This document shows, in pieces, positions 16,263-26,461 of a stretch of DNA of 64,000 nt. Under the pieces are notes generated by a model that ran no database searches, was not told the origin of the DNA, and worked only from the letters and a program-made list of their open reading frames with translations. Positions within the stretch are counted from its first letter, which is position 1. Each line of letters starts with the position of its first letter. Source of the DNA: a virus (lineage: Duplodnaviria; Caudoviricetes); IMG/VR virus record IMGVR_UViG_2870609773_000001, positions 1 to 64,000 of that record, one strand, 5' to 3'. Position numbers and translations under genes: made by a program.

Positions 16263-18107
16263 TCAGATCTCCACTTCTTCCTCGAACACGAACGTCGCGG
16301 ACTCCTGGCTGCTGCGGTTGGTGGCGCGCACGGAGATGCCGATGACCCGCCACCTGTGGTTGAACGAGGCGCCGCCCGAGCGGATGGGCCACCAGTCGTT
16401 GACGAGGATCACGCGCGCGTAGTCGCCCAGGTTCTGCGGCGTCCAGTCGGTGTCATCCAGGCGGACGCTGATCTGGTGGACGCGCACCGCTCCGGGCCTC
16501 TCGCCAGCCCACCGCATCGCGTACGCGTTGAGGGTGCCGACCTCTTTGACCGTGCTGTAGTCCACGGTCTTGTCGATCCTCGGCCAGCCCGCCAGCAGGT
16601 GCGCCGTGGCGTTCTGCGGCGACGACATGAGCGGCTCAGAGCGGGTTGAGGCGTCCGTGGAGACGCTCTCGCCCCTGGCCCGGTACGACGTGGCGCCCCG
16701 GATCCCGTCGGTCTCCTGCGACCACGACAGGACGTTGCCGGGCTGCGCGAACACGTGATCTGTCTGTGTGCCGAGCTTCGGGTAGCCAAGCTTCAACTCA
16801 CGTACGCGGGTGCCCGTGCCAGGGTCTGATGTGGCGAGCAGCCATTCGAACCCGTCATCGACGTCAGCAAGCTCCTTGAGCCGCTGCCCGAACGTGCCGC
16901 CCTCGGACGCCAGGTAGGTCCTGTCCCGGTTGACGCCGGACGCCCCCACAGGGAGCGTCAGCCCGATGTCCGCCGACGACAGGGCCTGCATCTCCGAGAT
17001 CAGCCCGCGGGCGATCTCGAACTGATCCACGCTCTCGTACGAGTAGTCCTGCCGGATCTCCACGGCGTTCAGGTAGCTCTCCAAGGTGGACCCGTTGAGG
17101 GACACCTTGATGGCGCCGCGCCCATCGGATGCGACGGCGGCTCTCCAGATGACGTAGCTTCCCCACACGATCCCGTTGCGGTAGACGTGGCACAGGGTGC
17201 GGCCCGGCCCCGTCGAGAGGCTGTCCGGCTCTGTCGGGTCGTCCACCCAGCGCGGCACGACCTTGGCCACGGTGTCGGCGATGTCGGAGTTGACCACGTT
17301 CACGGTCGCCGAGAAAGTCCCCGGCTCCCCAATCACCCGCGTGTACGTGACGTCATCCAGGTCCAAGGTGGCCACGTAGTCATCGGTGAGGAGATCGCAG
17401 AACACGTACTTGTAGTGGATGTCCTGCGACGGCGGGATGCTCGGCGGTTCCGGCTGCGGGACGCTGCTGCCGCCCACGTCCACGGTGAACCCATGCGACT
17501 GCGTGAGCGTGATGTCGGAGACGTACGTGAAGCTGGCGGTTCCGGTCGACCCTGCGGTGGTGCGCGTCCGGGACGCAAGAGACGCCGTCGAATTATCCTG
17601 CCTGCGGTCAGCCTGCTCGGCATGGCCGGGTGGAGGCGTCCACGTGCCGCTGTTGTTCGCTGCGGCTGCCCAGCGCAGCGTCACACCCGGAGCGTTCGTC
17701 GCGGCGACACTGGGGCAGCCGACGTTGTTGTCGGCGCCGTTTTCCAGCGACGCGATCAGCGGTGTCGTGCCGTCCGCGTCCGAGATGGCGGCGATCGCGA
17801 CGACACCGCCGGAGAACAGGAATGGGAAATCGGGGTCCACGCCGCTCTGCGTGAACCGGTACGAGACGGGCTCGGACGGCCCGGCGACCTTCCACCAGAC
17901 ACGCGTCCCAGCCCACTCGATCTGACTGCGCTGCCCGAGCAACTGCCAGGTGGTGCCGCCGGTCGGCACCGACATGTCGCCGTCGCCGACAGCGTCACAC
18001 GTCTGGAAGGCGATCAGGACATCACCCTGCTGGACGCCGGGCGGTTTGGGGCAGGTGAAGACCGGGTTGCTGCTGCCGGTGGAGGAGACGGAGCGGAGGA
18101 TCGCCAC
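16263..18107 (-). CDS. tail hub/Tal-like minor tail protein with an N-terminal ~210-aa shared domain
   Basis: C-terminal part (YKYVFCDLLTD..., LKELADVDDGFEW) is typical of actinophage hub proteins; N-terminal domain carries WWKVAGPSEP. Confidence 0.8.
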   Translation of the reverse strand: MAILRSVSSTGSSNPVFTCPKPPGVQQGDVLIAFQTCDAVGDGDMSVPTGGTTWQLLGQRSQIEWAGTRVWWKVAGPSEPVSYRFTQSGVDPDFPFLFSGGVVAIAAISDADGTTPLIASLENGADNNVGCPSVAATNAPGVTLRWAAAANNSGTWTPPPGHAEQADRRQDNSTASLASRTRTTAGSTGTASFTYVSDITLTQSHGFTVDVGGSSVPQPEPPSIPPSQDIHYKYVFCDLLTDDYVATLDLDDVTYTRVIGEPGTFSATVNVVNSDIADTVAKVVPRWVDDPTEPDSLSTGPGRTLCHVYRNGIVWGSYVIWRAAVASDGRGAIKVSLNGSTLESYLNAVEIRQDYSYESVDQFEIARGLISEMQALSSADIGLTLPVGASGVNRDRTYLASEGGTFGQRLKELADVDDGFEWLLATSDPGTGTRVRELKLGYPKLGTQTDHVFAQPGNVLSWSQETDGIRGATSYRARGESVSTDASTRSEPLMSSPQNATAHLLAGWPRIDKTVDYSTVKEVGTLNAYAMRWAGERPGAVRVHQISVRLDDTDWTPQNLGDYARVILVNDWWPIRSGGASFNHRWRVIGISVRATNRSSQESATFVFEEEVEI

Positions 18108-18152
18108 AGCCCACCCCCGTCCCGTCGCCGCAGTTCAGAAGGTGTGAGGGGG

Positions 18153-20030
18153 TTATTCGTAGGCGTCGCGCCACAGGATCTCTACGCCTGCTGTGCCGCC
18201 GGAGTCGGTCTCGTAGCTGATGTCGTTGGATCCGACTTCGGCGAACCATTCCTTCAACGGGACCGAAATCGTGTCCGCCAGATCGTTCTCATGGTCGGCG
18301 TCGCCGATCGTCGCCTTGCCGAGCTGGGTGTCCACGACGAGGAGTTCGCCGGCGCCGAGCGTGATGTCGAAGGCGAGGATTCTGTCCAGCGTCTCGTTCA
18401 CGATCATCGGGTTCGTGGCCGGTCCCGTGAACCGCAAGGTGGGGTTCGTGTACAGGTCGCCGTCGTTGACGATCGCTGTGGGGCCGGACGCGTTCGCCGG
18501 GATTACTGCGGAGTGCTGGGCGAGGCTGTAGCGCCGCGGGTCCGGGCACTCGATCGTGATAACCGGCTCTGGAGCGCCGATCGACCAGTCCCGGTCCATC
18601 ACCCCGGTCCGGTCGATCGCCTTCCCGAACACCATCAGCGTCTCGGTGTAGCCGCGCACCACCAGCGTCCACAGCGTGTTGTCGCGCAACGTCCTCGTGT
18701 CGTAGCGGAGCTGAGCGAGCAGGCTGGACACCTGTGTCGGATCCGACAACGACTGCACCTGAAGCTTCACCGTGACGATCCGGCGCTGCAGGTAGGACCG
18801 GCCCGCGTACGCGCCATGCCTGCCGGCCTCTTCCGCCGTGAGCGAATCCACACGAGGTTTGGCGTCCCAGCCGGTGATTTCCAGCAGCGCGTACGAGGTG
18901 CCCGCACCCCACAGGGCGGTTCCGCCCCATTCGGCCTGCCCGTCAGCGGTGATCAGGTCGCCGGGCAGGATCGGCACGGACACGCCCGGAGACGGCACCA
19001 CACCCTGCGCCTGCACGACAGCGGGCGCCACCGTCACAGAAGCCGCCACCGCCGGAGCTGGCACGTCAGCCCCAGCATCCACAACGGCCGGGGAGGCGAC
19101 GGCGTTCTGGATCGCCGTGATCGACGGTGCCGGGATGTCGCCGGACGCCTCCACCACAGCAGGTTCGACGAGTTCAGCGTCCCCGGCGACAACGTTCGGG
19201 GCCAACACCTGGGCGGACGCTCCGACGACCGCAGGCGAGGCCGTCTGGTCGGCGTGGATGGCCGGCGCGGGGACCTGCGCCGTCGCGCCCACCACCGCGG
19301 GTGACGCCGTCTGCCCTGCCTGAATGGTCGGTGCCGGTACCTCGCCGGCAGCCGCCACCACGGCAGGCGTCGCGGTGGCGTCCACAGATCCCGTCGCCAG
19401 GGCGACGGTGAACCCGTGCCAGGCGAGCGGTGCCACGTCAGCAGCGAAGTTGACCGTGCCCGTAGCTGCGCCGGAGGCGAGCGTGCGGCGTGCGCCCGCC
19501 TGCATCGTGAAGCCGTTGCCCTGGGACGCCGCACCCAGGTTCGTGAACCCGGCCGGGGTAGCGATCGCGATGAACTGCTCGCCCGTGTTCACCGCGACGT
19601 AGCGGATCTCCAGGCTGGCCGCGTCCGGCGGCGTCACGCCCGGGGTGGCGATGTTGAGGCCCGCAAGCGTCGATACCCCCGCCGACACCGGCGTGCTCGT
19701 GGCGGCGTTCTGGATGGCGGCAATGGTGACGTTGGGGCCGAACGTGGACGCGTTGAACGCGAACCCATATGTGGATGGCTCCGACGCCCCGGCGACCTTC
19801 CACCAGATCTTCGTCCGGATATCGCTACCGGAGTTGGTGTCGCCGCGCGAGATGAGCAACGTCCACGCCGCGCCGCCGGTCGGCGTCGTCATGTCCGTCA
19901 ACGCGCCAGTGGTGTCGGACTGCCACGCCAGCAGGATGTCGCCCTGCACCGTGCCGGTCGGCCGCGAGCAGTTGACGCTCGGCCCGGACCCGTTGGCCGT
20001 GGACACAGACCGGACAGAAGGTGACGCCAC
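18153..20030 (-). CDS. distal-tail (Dit)-like protein with N-terminal shared domain and about six 22-aa repeats (alternative start 20066)
   Basis: C-terminal ~270 aa Dit-like (ITGWDAKP...RRIVTVKLQV...IECPDPRRY...WRDAYE); WWKVAGASEP domain; TASPAVV...VPAP repeats. Confidence 0.75.
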   Translation of the reverse strand: MASPSVRSVSTANGSGPSVNCSRPTGTVQGDILLAWQSDTTGALTDMTTPTGGAAWTLLISRGDTNSGSDIRTKIWWKVAGASEPSTYGFAFNASTFGPNVTIAAIQNAATSTPVSAGVSTLAGLNIATPGVTPPDAASLEIRYVAVNTGEQFIAIATPAGFTNLGAASQGNGFTMQAGARRTLASGAATGTVNFAADVAPLAWHGFTVALATGSVDATATPAVVAAAGEVPAPTIQAGQTASPAVVGATAQVPAPAIHADQTASPAVVGASAQVLAPNVVAGDAELVEPAVVEASGDIPAPSITAIQNAVASPAVVDAGADVPAPAVAASVTVAPAVVQAQGVVPSPGVSVPILPGDLITADGQAEWGGTALWGAGTSYALLEITGWDAKPRVDSLTAEEAGRHGAYAGRSYLQRRIVTVKLQVQSLSDPTQVSSLLAQLRYDTRTLRDNTLWTLVVRGYTETLMVFGKAIDRTGVMDRDWSIGAPEPVITIECPDPRRYSLAQHSAVIPANASGPTAIVNDGDLYTNPTLRFTGPATNPMIVNETLDRILAFDITLGAGELLVVDTQLGKATIGDADHENDLADTISVPLKEWFAEVGSNDISYETDSGGTAGVEILWRDAYE

Positions 20031-20118
20031 ACCCGCCCCCTTTTCGCTCACAGGACGGGCGGGCATGGAAAGGCCGCCCGCAGGCGGCGACTATGCGCAG
20101 GTCAGGTGGTTGACGTTG

Positions 20119-20568
20119 CTATGCGCTGATGACGTTCACGCGACCAATTCCGCTGGCGTTGAAGGCCACGAGCAGAGTGCCCGAGGCAGTTGTATAGGCG
20201 CTCCCGAAGTCGATCCCGAGAATCAACCTCTTCGGCGTCTCGCCATCCGCATAGGCGATACCACCCCTGACGCCGGTCAGCGTGCTGTCGGTCCACTGGA
20301 CGTCGTTGCCGTCCCACGTGGCGAACGTGCCTCCGCTGGTCGTGACGGTGAACGTGGCGGACGCGATCGCCAGGCCGCCGGCTGTGTAACCGGTGCCGGT
20401 GATTTCGCCGCTCGTGCTGTACGACTGGTCGGTCGCGAAGTTCGGGGTGACCGTGTTGTCGTACAGCGCCAGCTTGTGCGTGTCGTCGTCCAGGTCGAGC
20501 GTGAACTGGGCGACGCCGAGCGCGTCCACGATCGTGTCGGCGTACCAGCCGCTAGCGGTCCATGCCAT
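20119..20568 (-). CDS. ~150-aa beta-rich virion protein (paralogue of 43991-44452)
   Basis: KLALY...GEITGTGYTAGG...DFGSAYTTASGT shared with the second copy. Confidence 0.8.
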   Translation of the reverse strand: MAWTASGWYADTIVDALGVAQFTLDLDDDTHKLALYDNTVTPNFATDQSYSTSGEITGTGYTAGGLAIASATFTVTTSGGTFATWDGNDVQWTDSTLTGVRGGIAYADGETPKRLILGIDFGSAYTTASGTLLVAFNASGIGRVNVISA

Positions 20569-20833
20569 GGGAGACCGGCCCTCCGATCCTGATCGTCGCG
20601 TCCCTGCCGGGCACTCCCTCGGGCGGACGGCCGACCGTGCGCGCCCACTCCCGGAAGCCGCGCATCTCGGCCTTGGCCGTCTTCAGCGCGGCCACCGCCT
20701 CGGCCTGCTGCTCACCTGTGGCGTCCTTCACGGCCTGCTTGGCGGCGGCGAGACGCTGCTCGTAGCCCTCGCAGACGTCCAGGAACTCCAGGCCCCGCCG
20801 CGCGTGCATCGCCGCCACTCGTGCGCTGGTCAC
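20552..20833 (-). CDS. small helical protein (resembles 44455-44679)
   Basis: EQRLAAAK...EAVAALKTAKAE...RPPEG...GRDA versus ETRLLDAK...EAAEGLRAARAE...RPEG...GGDA. Confidence 0.7.
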   Translation of the reverse strand: MTSARVAAMHARRGLEFLDVCEGYEQRLAAAKQAVKDATGEQQAEAVAALKTAKAEMRGFREWARTVGRPPEGVPGRDATIRIGGPVSHGMDR

Positions 20834-21108
20834 TGGAACCTCTCCCAGTTCACGAGGTGGGCGGGGATCTGCCCGACCACGGTCTGCACGTTGAGGATCT
20901 TCACGTCCTGCGCTTCGCCCTCACGCCCGACCCGGCGGCGCCGCACCCGGTTACCGAGCTGGTCCGTCACCACCTGCACCAGACGGCCCCGCTCGTCGCG
21001 GAACTCGCGCCGCTGGTCCTGTGTGGCGGCGGTGCGACCGCCGCGGATGTGCTGGACCGACCTGAGCCGGGCCAGGTCCGCCGCCGTAGCGGCGATAAGT
21101 CCGGGCAT
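20830..21108 (-). CDS. basic hypothetical protein
   Basis: Fills the gap after the tape measure gene; GTGA overlap with the next gene. Confidence 0.6.
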   Translation of the reverse strand: MPGLIAATAADLARLRSVQHIRGGRTAATQDQRREFRDERGRLVQVVTDQLGNRVRRRRVGREGEAQDVKILNVQTVVGQIPAHLVNWERFQ

Positions 21109-21147
21109 GCCGAACCGCCTCCCTTGCTGAAAGGTGTGGGAAATGAC

Positions 21148-21178
21148 GAAGCCCCGGACCGCGCCGGGCCGGGGCTTC
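21148..21178 (-). terminator. hairpin between tape measure and tail-tip module
   Basis: GAAGCCCCGG/CCGGGGCTTC 10-bp stem. Confidence 0.55.
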
Positions 21179-21190
21179 CGAGATGAGGGG

Positions 21191-24100
21191 TTACGGGCCC
21201 TTGGAGCCGAGACGCGAGTACAGGCTGGCGGCCACCCGGTCGACGTCCGCTTGCTCCCTGACGACCATGTCGCCCAGGATCTGCACCAGCGAGCCGCCCT
21301 TGGAGACGGTGGACGAACCACCGCCCGCCGAGCTGCTGCCGCTGTTGGACGAGCCGCCGCCGTACGACGACGCCGGCATCTGCTGGGGAGCAGACACCCG
21401 AGAAGCGTTCACCGGCGTCCCGTAGCTGATCGCCGAGTAGGCGCCGGGCGTCCAATCCGGCGTGCCCGACGACCCATAGTCGCCCTCGATCATGTTGGAC
21501 GGCTTCTTCGACCCGGCCTTGCCGGTGATCTGCTGCGCCTTCTTCGCCAGCAGGTCCAGCGCCGACTTCACCGCCGACGACGGCTTACCCGACGATCCCG
21601 CCTTGCCGCCCGTCTGTGCAGCGGCAAGACCGAGGAGCAAGTCCTTCACGGACGCGGTCAGTCCATCCACTGAGGTGGACATGACCTCGACGCTGTCGGC
21701 CGTGACCGTGGCCACGTTGCTGATCGAGTCCTGCAAGACGTCCGAGCCCGCGATCCACGACTGGTTGAGCTGGTCCGCCGTGGAGCCGACCTTGGTAATC
21801 GACGACGTCAGCGAGCCCGTCTGACCCATCGTGGACTGCAGGGATCCCATGACGCCGGTGAGCCCGTCAGCGATCACAAGCCCTGAGTCGTCGATGGTGA
21901 CACGCAGGTCCGACAGCCCGCGGGCCGCCTCCTGGTTGTTGAGGCTGAGCCCGAAGTCGTTCGCCACCTGCGCCAGCAGGGCGATCGCCCGATCCCGGTA
22001 CTTGGTCTCGTACGGGATGAACGCCTCAATGTCCGCGCCCTCGCCATACAAGATCGTCGGCTGGCTGGCGATGTTCGGTGGCGTGCTCCTCCCGCCCGCA
22101 GCGAACTCCTGGAGACCGCCAGCGGCGTACTTGAAGATGCCGCCCGCTCGCGCCGGCTTCTCCTGCTTGGCTGTCAACGCGACAGCCAGGGAGCGGTTGC
22201 CGACCTTCTGCACGAACCGCTCGAACGCTGCGATGGCCTCATCCGTTTTCAGGCCCAGCTTCACGTAGATCTCGCGGTTCTTGAACTTGTCGAGCACCTC
22301 CTGGAAGTCCTTCGCGGACTTCATCGCCTTCTCCGCGTCAGACCTGGAGATCCCGTACGCCTCAGCCAGCTTGAGGACCCTCTCGCGCGCCTCGCCCGAC
22401 TTGCCCGCGAGTTCGCCCAGGCTCGGCAACTGGCGGAGGATGGCTTCCTTCGCCTCATCGCTCTTGACGGCGGCTTCGCCGGTCTTGCCCGCCATCTCAC
22501 CTGCAGCCTTGGCCGCCGCCTGCACCTTTTCGATGTAGCCAGCGAACTGGTCGCGCGCCTTGATGACGGCTTCCCTCTGCTTATCGGTCATCTGCGAGGT
22601 GAAGTCCAGCTTGCCGCCCGCTTCGGCGATCGCCGTCTTGGCCTCGTTGAAGGCGTCCTTCAGTTCGAGCGTCAGCCGGGCCGTGTCGGTCTTGGCGTTG
22701 TAGATGTCGAGCGACTCGTTCAACGCCTGCATCGCCACAGCGGTCGGATCCACCTCGACCTTGAGCGTGGACATGGCCGACGCCATCTCACCAGTGCGCG
22801 GGATCGTGCCGTCCAAGGTCGCCGCGTACTCGGGGAACAGCTCCCGGAGCTTGTCTATGGGCGTGCCGGCGGCAGCGGCCTGGCTGGCGAGCCGGTTGAA
22901 CGCGCTGGCCGCCTGGTCGCCCTGACCGTTCGCCACCATGGTCGCCAGCGCCTGGTCGATGTTTTCGATCGACTGTTTGCCGTTGTCCAAGGTGATGATG
23001 TCGAACGAGTCGATGAACCCCGCCACCTGGTTGCCGGCGATGTTGAACCAGTTGTCTGACGCCAGCCGGGCTGCCGAGTCGCCGAACGTCTCCATCGCTG
23101 AACTCAGGCCGGACATCTTCGGGCCGAGCTGGTCCAGCAGTTCCCCTGCCGGCGCGCCACCCTTCCCGAAGTCGGACAGCCCCTTCGAGAGCTTGTCCAG
23201 GTCAGGGTTTAGGCCGTAGATGGCGTCACCGAGCTGGTCCATGGCGACAGCGGTCCCTGCCACCGCCGCGGCGATGAGCCCGCCCTTGCCGAACACGCCA
23301 CCCAGCGCGGACAGTTTGCCCTGGGCGCCACCTGCGGACTTGCCGGCCTTGTCGATCCCTCCGGACAGGTTCTGGAAGAAGCCGACCGCTCCGCTGACGG
23401 CCTGGTAGCCCTTGACGGCGGCGATGGTGAGGCCGATGGCGACGGCGAGCGCCTCGATCTGCTCGGGCGACATCTTCGACAGGACGTCAGCCAGTAGCAC
23501 GAGCGCGCCCAGCTTGATGGTGGTGCCCAGCTTCGCCGCGGCGAAGATCAAGCCGACGCCCTTGGCGATGGCTTCGATCTGCGCCGGGTCCATGCCGGCG
23601 AGCCGCTCGGACAAGACGACCATGAAGTCCAGGACGCCTGGTCCGAGGTCCGCGCCGACGTCCACGATCTTGCCTGCGAACGTGGCCAGGTTGCCGAAGA
23701 TCTCGGCGACCTTGGGCCCGTTCTCCTGCACGTAGGCGATGAACTCCTCGAATTCCGGGCTTCCTTCGAGGTTCTCACCCCACGACTCGAACCGCTCCGT
23801 CAGCCGGACCACGATGTCCAGCAGGTCATCGCTGTACGGCAGCAGCGCCTCGAACACGCCTCTGAGGCCGTTGCCGACGTTGATCGCCGAGTCGCCCAGC
23901 CGGTCGATCGTGCCCGGCGCGGTCGCGGCCAGGTCGTCGAAGAAGGACCGCCACTCCTGCGTCTTCAGCTCGGAGTTGAGTTCCTTCAAGAAGCCGTTGA
24001 ACGCCTTCGAACTGGACTTGATGACCGGCGTGCTGAGTTCCATCCCGGTCCGCATCAGGTCCATGCCGGAGCGGATCACCGGGAACACGTCCGGCTGGAG

Positions 24101-25435
24101 TGACCTCTGCCATTTGACGTAGGAGTCCTGGAACGCCTTGACGTCCCTGGCGAGCGCCTGCTCAGCCTTGGACAGTTCGGCGAACTTGCTGGCCGCAGCG
24201 CCCGCCGCGCTCCCTGTCTGCTGCGTTGCGGCCTTCTGCTGAAGCTGCAGCACCGTGAGCTGCTTCTGCGCCTCGGCGAGGTCCTGCTGCGACTTGAGCA
24301 GCTTGTCCTGGGCCGCCCGAACCTGGGCGCTGCCTTCGATGCCCTTCTTGTCCGCTTCAGCCTTGTCCTCGCGGAGCCGCTTCGTGCGTACCTCTTGCTC
24401 GTCCAGCCGCGCGATCGCCTGCCGATGAGCCAGTTCGGCGCGGCGGATCTCCAGGTCGGTCGACTCGTCGTCGGCGCGCACCTCGGCCAGCCGCCTCGCC
24501 GCCTCCTCCACTGAGAGAGCCGCGTCCTCCTCAGCGAGAGCAGCGTCCCGGACAGAAAACGCGAGGTCCTCGTTGGCCCGCTTGGCGTCCTTGCGTGCCC
24601 TGGTCAGATCCTCTTGGGCCTGCTTGACGGCCTTCTGGGCGTCGGCGACACGGCGCTCGGCCTGCTCCAGTTGGAGGGCTCGAGACGCCGCCTCCGCAGC
24701 GGACTGGGCGGCGCTCTTGGTCGCACCGCCCGCGCTACCAGCGGCGGTCGCTTGCTGCTGGAGCGCCTCGTTGATGCGACCCAAACTGGGGACGGCCACG
24801 GCGGCGAACCCGGCCGCTCCTACGCCCGCCGCGGTGAAGGCGCCGCCGAGCGCGCCCACGCCGACCGCGAGAGTCGTCACCGCCGGCAAGCTGGCCAGCG
24901 CCGCGCCGACCATGGCAATGCCCGCGAGTGCCCCGCCGACATCCGCATCCACCTTGACACGGCCCGACCGGCTGGACACTGACGTCATCGACGCCTCCAG
25001 CGACCGCAGATCTCCCAGCGCCCGCGTCGTGTCCACTCGGACCTCGATGTCGGCTGAGGACCGGTTCAGATCCTCCAGGTCCCGCTGGATCGCAGCAATC
25101 TCGGTCTTGGCGGCGCCAGCGTCGAGGTCAACACCGATCGTGCGTGACGACAGGTCCGCCATACGACGCTGCAACTCAGCGAGGCTCGCCTGAGCCTGCG
25201 CGGTGTCGACGTCTGGCCGGATCGGGTCGCGGCGGTCCCGTAGCTTGGCTAGGTCCCGCTCAAGTTGCAGAATCTTCGCCTGAGCGCTGACCGCATCGAT
25301 GTTGACGGGCAGCGGTTTGCCGAGCGAGTCGCGGAACTTGCTCGCGGCGAGGGCAGCCTTGCTCATCTCGGTGACGAACGGCTTGACATCGCCCTTCAGA
25401 ACAACCGTTACGGACCTGTCGGCGATCGGGCTCAC
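21191..25435 (-). CDS. tape measure protein
   Basis: 1414 aa, Ala-rich helical, central hydrophobic block; follows the tail chaperones. Confidence 0.93.
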   Translation of the reverse strand: MSPIADRSVTVVLKGDVKPFVTEMSKAALAASKFRDSLGKPLPVNIDAVSAQAKILQLERDLAKLRDRRDPIRPDVDTAQAQASLAELQRRMADLSSRTIGVDLDAGAAKTEIAAIQRDLEDLNRSSADIEVRVDTTRALGDLRSLEASMTSVSSRSGRVKVDADVGGALAGIAMVGAALASLPAVTTLAVGVGALGGAFTAAGVGAAGFAAVAVPSLGRINEALQQQATAAGSAGGATKSAAQSAAEAASRALQLEQAERRVADAQKAVKQAQEDLTRARKDAKRANEDLAFSVRDAALAEEDAALSVEEAARRLAEVRADDESTDLEIRRAELAHRQAIARLDEQEVRTKRLREDKAEADKKGIEGSAQVRAAQDKLLKSQQDLAEAQKQLTVLQLQQKAATQQTGSAAGAAASKFAELSKAEQALARDVKAFQDSYVKWQRSLQPDVFPVIRSGMDLMRTGMELSTPVIKSSSKAFNGFLKELNSELKTQEWRSFFDDLAATAPGTIDRLGDSAINVGNGLRGVFEALLPYSDDLLDIVVRLTERFESWGENLEGSPEFEEFIAYVQENGPKVAEIFGNLATFAGKIVDVGADLGPGVLDFMVVLSERLAGMDPAQIEAIAKGVGLIFAAAKLGTTIKLGALVLLADVLSKMSPEQIEALAVAIGLTIAAVKGYQAVSGAVGFFQNLSGGIDKAGKSAGGAQGKLSALGGVFGKGGLIAAAVAGTAVAMDQLGDAIYGLNPDLDKLSKGLSDFGKGGAPAGELLDQLGPKMSGLSSAMETFGDSAARLASDNWFNIAGNQVAGFIDSFDIITLDNGKQSIENIDQALATMVANGQGDQAASAFNRLASQAAAAGTPIDKLRELFPEYAATLDGTIPRTGEMASAMSTLKVEVDPTAVAMQALNESLDIYNAKTDTARLTLELKDAFNEAKTAIAEAGGKLDFTSQMTDKQREAVIKARDQFAGYIEKVQAAAKAAGEMAGKTGEAAVKSDEAKEAILRQLPSLGELAGKSGEARERVLKLAEAYGISRSDAEKAMKSAKDFQEVLDKFKNREIYVKLGLKTDEAIAAFERFVQKVGNRSLAVALTAKQEKPARAGGIFKYAAGGLQEFAAGGRSTPPNIASQPTILYGEGADIEAFIPYETKYRDRAIALLAQVANDFGLSLNNQEAARGLSDLRVTIDDSGLVIADGLTGVMGSLQSTMGQTGSLTSSITKVGSTADQLNQSWIAGSDVLQDSISNVATVTADSVEVMSTSVDGLTASVKDLLLGLAAAQTGGKAGSSGKPSSAVKSALDLLAKKAQQITGKAGSKKPSNMIEGDYGSSGTPDWTPGAYSAISYGTPVNASRVSAPQQMPASSYGGGSSNSGSSSAGGGSSTVSKGGSLVQILGDMVVREQADVDRVAASLYSRLGSKGP

Positions 25436-25564
25436 CTCCGATCGAAGGGGCCCAATCCCAGCGGAATCAGTGGCCTACAGACGTTCCGTCGTGGCACGGT
25501 GCAAACCGCGTCACCTTCAGGCGCGTCTACTCCGCGCCTCCATCTACTTCCTCAGGAGCCACTC

Positions 25565-26038
25565 ATGCAGCCATGGCAGCAATCCGGCCCGCAGCAGCCC
25601 CCATCGCAGCCGTACGGGCCGCCACAGCAGCCGCCGAACCCGTACGGGCAGCAGTACACGCCGCAGCAGCAGCCGTCCTACGCGCCCGCCCCGGCGGGGC
25701 ACGCGGCGCCGCGGCGCGGCCAAGGGTTAGCGATCACGACAGTGGCGCTTGGCCTGGTGGCCGTGCTGCTGGCGCTGACTACGCTGCGAGGCGTCGGCCT
25801 CGCCGTAGCGCTCGTCACCGCCATCCTCGCCACGATCGCGTTGGCGGCGAAAAGCCAGGGCGGCACATGGTTCGCCGTCACCGGGCTCGTCCTGTCGATG
25901 CTGTCGCTGCCCGTCGCGTTCCTGGTGTGGACGCTTTCCGCCGAGCCTGCTCAGTCGGACGCGGAGCGGCAGAAGGCGTTGCAGGAGTGCATCGCGAAGA
26001 ACCCGGAGAAGGTCCTCGAATGCGCCGGCTGGGAATGA
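25565..26038 (+). CDS. Pro/Gln-rich membrane moron (DUF4190-like), opposite strand
   Basis: CAGGAG RBS; QPPY repeats followed by 2-3 TM segments. Confidence 0.75.
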   Translation: MQPWQQSGPQQPPSQPYGPPQQPPNPYGQQYTPQQQPSYAPAPAGHAAPRRGQGLAITTVALGLVAVLLALTTLRGVGLAVALVTAILATIALAAKSQGGTWFAVTGLVLSMLSLPVAFLVWTLSAEPAQSDAERQKALQECIAKNPEKVLECAGWE

Positions 26039-26461
26039 TCAGGTTCTGACCAGCGCCTTCTTCACCTTGAGGTACACGCGGAACAGCAGGCCGGGCGGAG
26101 ACTCCGTGTACTCCGACTTCCGGTGCTCCAAGGGCGTGCAGGCATGGCACCGCATCGGGGGCGGCGCCTCGTACCTTCCCTCGTTCTCCGGGTCGGTCGT
26201 CTCGCTGAGCGGCAGTCCGCACCCCGGACACTTGTCGAACTCGTTCCTCCGGTGCGCCTTCGCGTACCCGAGGTCCTCGTCCGTCCACTCCGGATCGTGA
26301 GTGGTGACGGCACGTACCAGCCGGCCGTCCTCGTACTCGTACACGGTGACCGAGCGGCGTTGCCGCCCCAGGAGCACCGACCGCGGCACCCGGTAGGCCG
26401 CGGCGAGCGCTACTTCTTCGGCGAGTTCTGGAGAGCTTCGGAGGCTCTCCTGGATTTTGGG
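26039..26461 (-). CDS. C-terminal segment of the long tail assembly chaperone, reached by -1 frameshift
   Basis: Frame is open from the CCCAAAA site into ORF 26039-26389 (PKIQESLRSSPELAEEVALAAAYRVPRSVLL...). Confidence 0.75.
   Translation of the reverse strand, partial: PKIQESLRSSPELAEEVALAAAYRVPRSVLLGRQRRSVTVYEYEDGRLVRAVTTHDPEWTDEDLGYAKAHRRNEFDKCPGCGLPLSETTDPENEGRYEAPPPMRCHACTPLEHRKSEYTESPPGLLFRVYLKVKKALVRT

Noticed and set aside
17187-19304. 705-aa + strand ORF
   Set aside because: Antisense shadow of the tail genes; Arg/Gly-rich with no motifs, typical of high-GC DNA.
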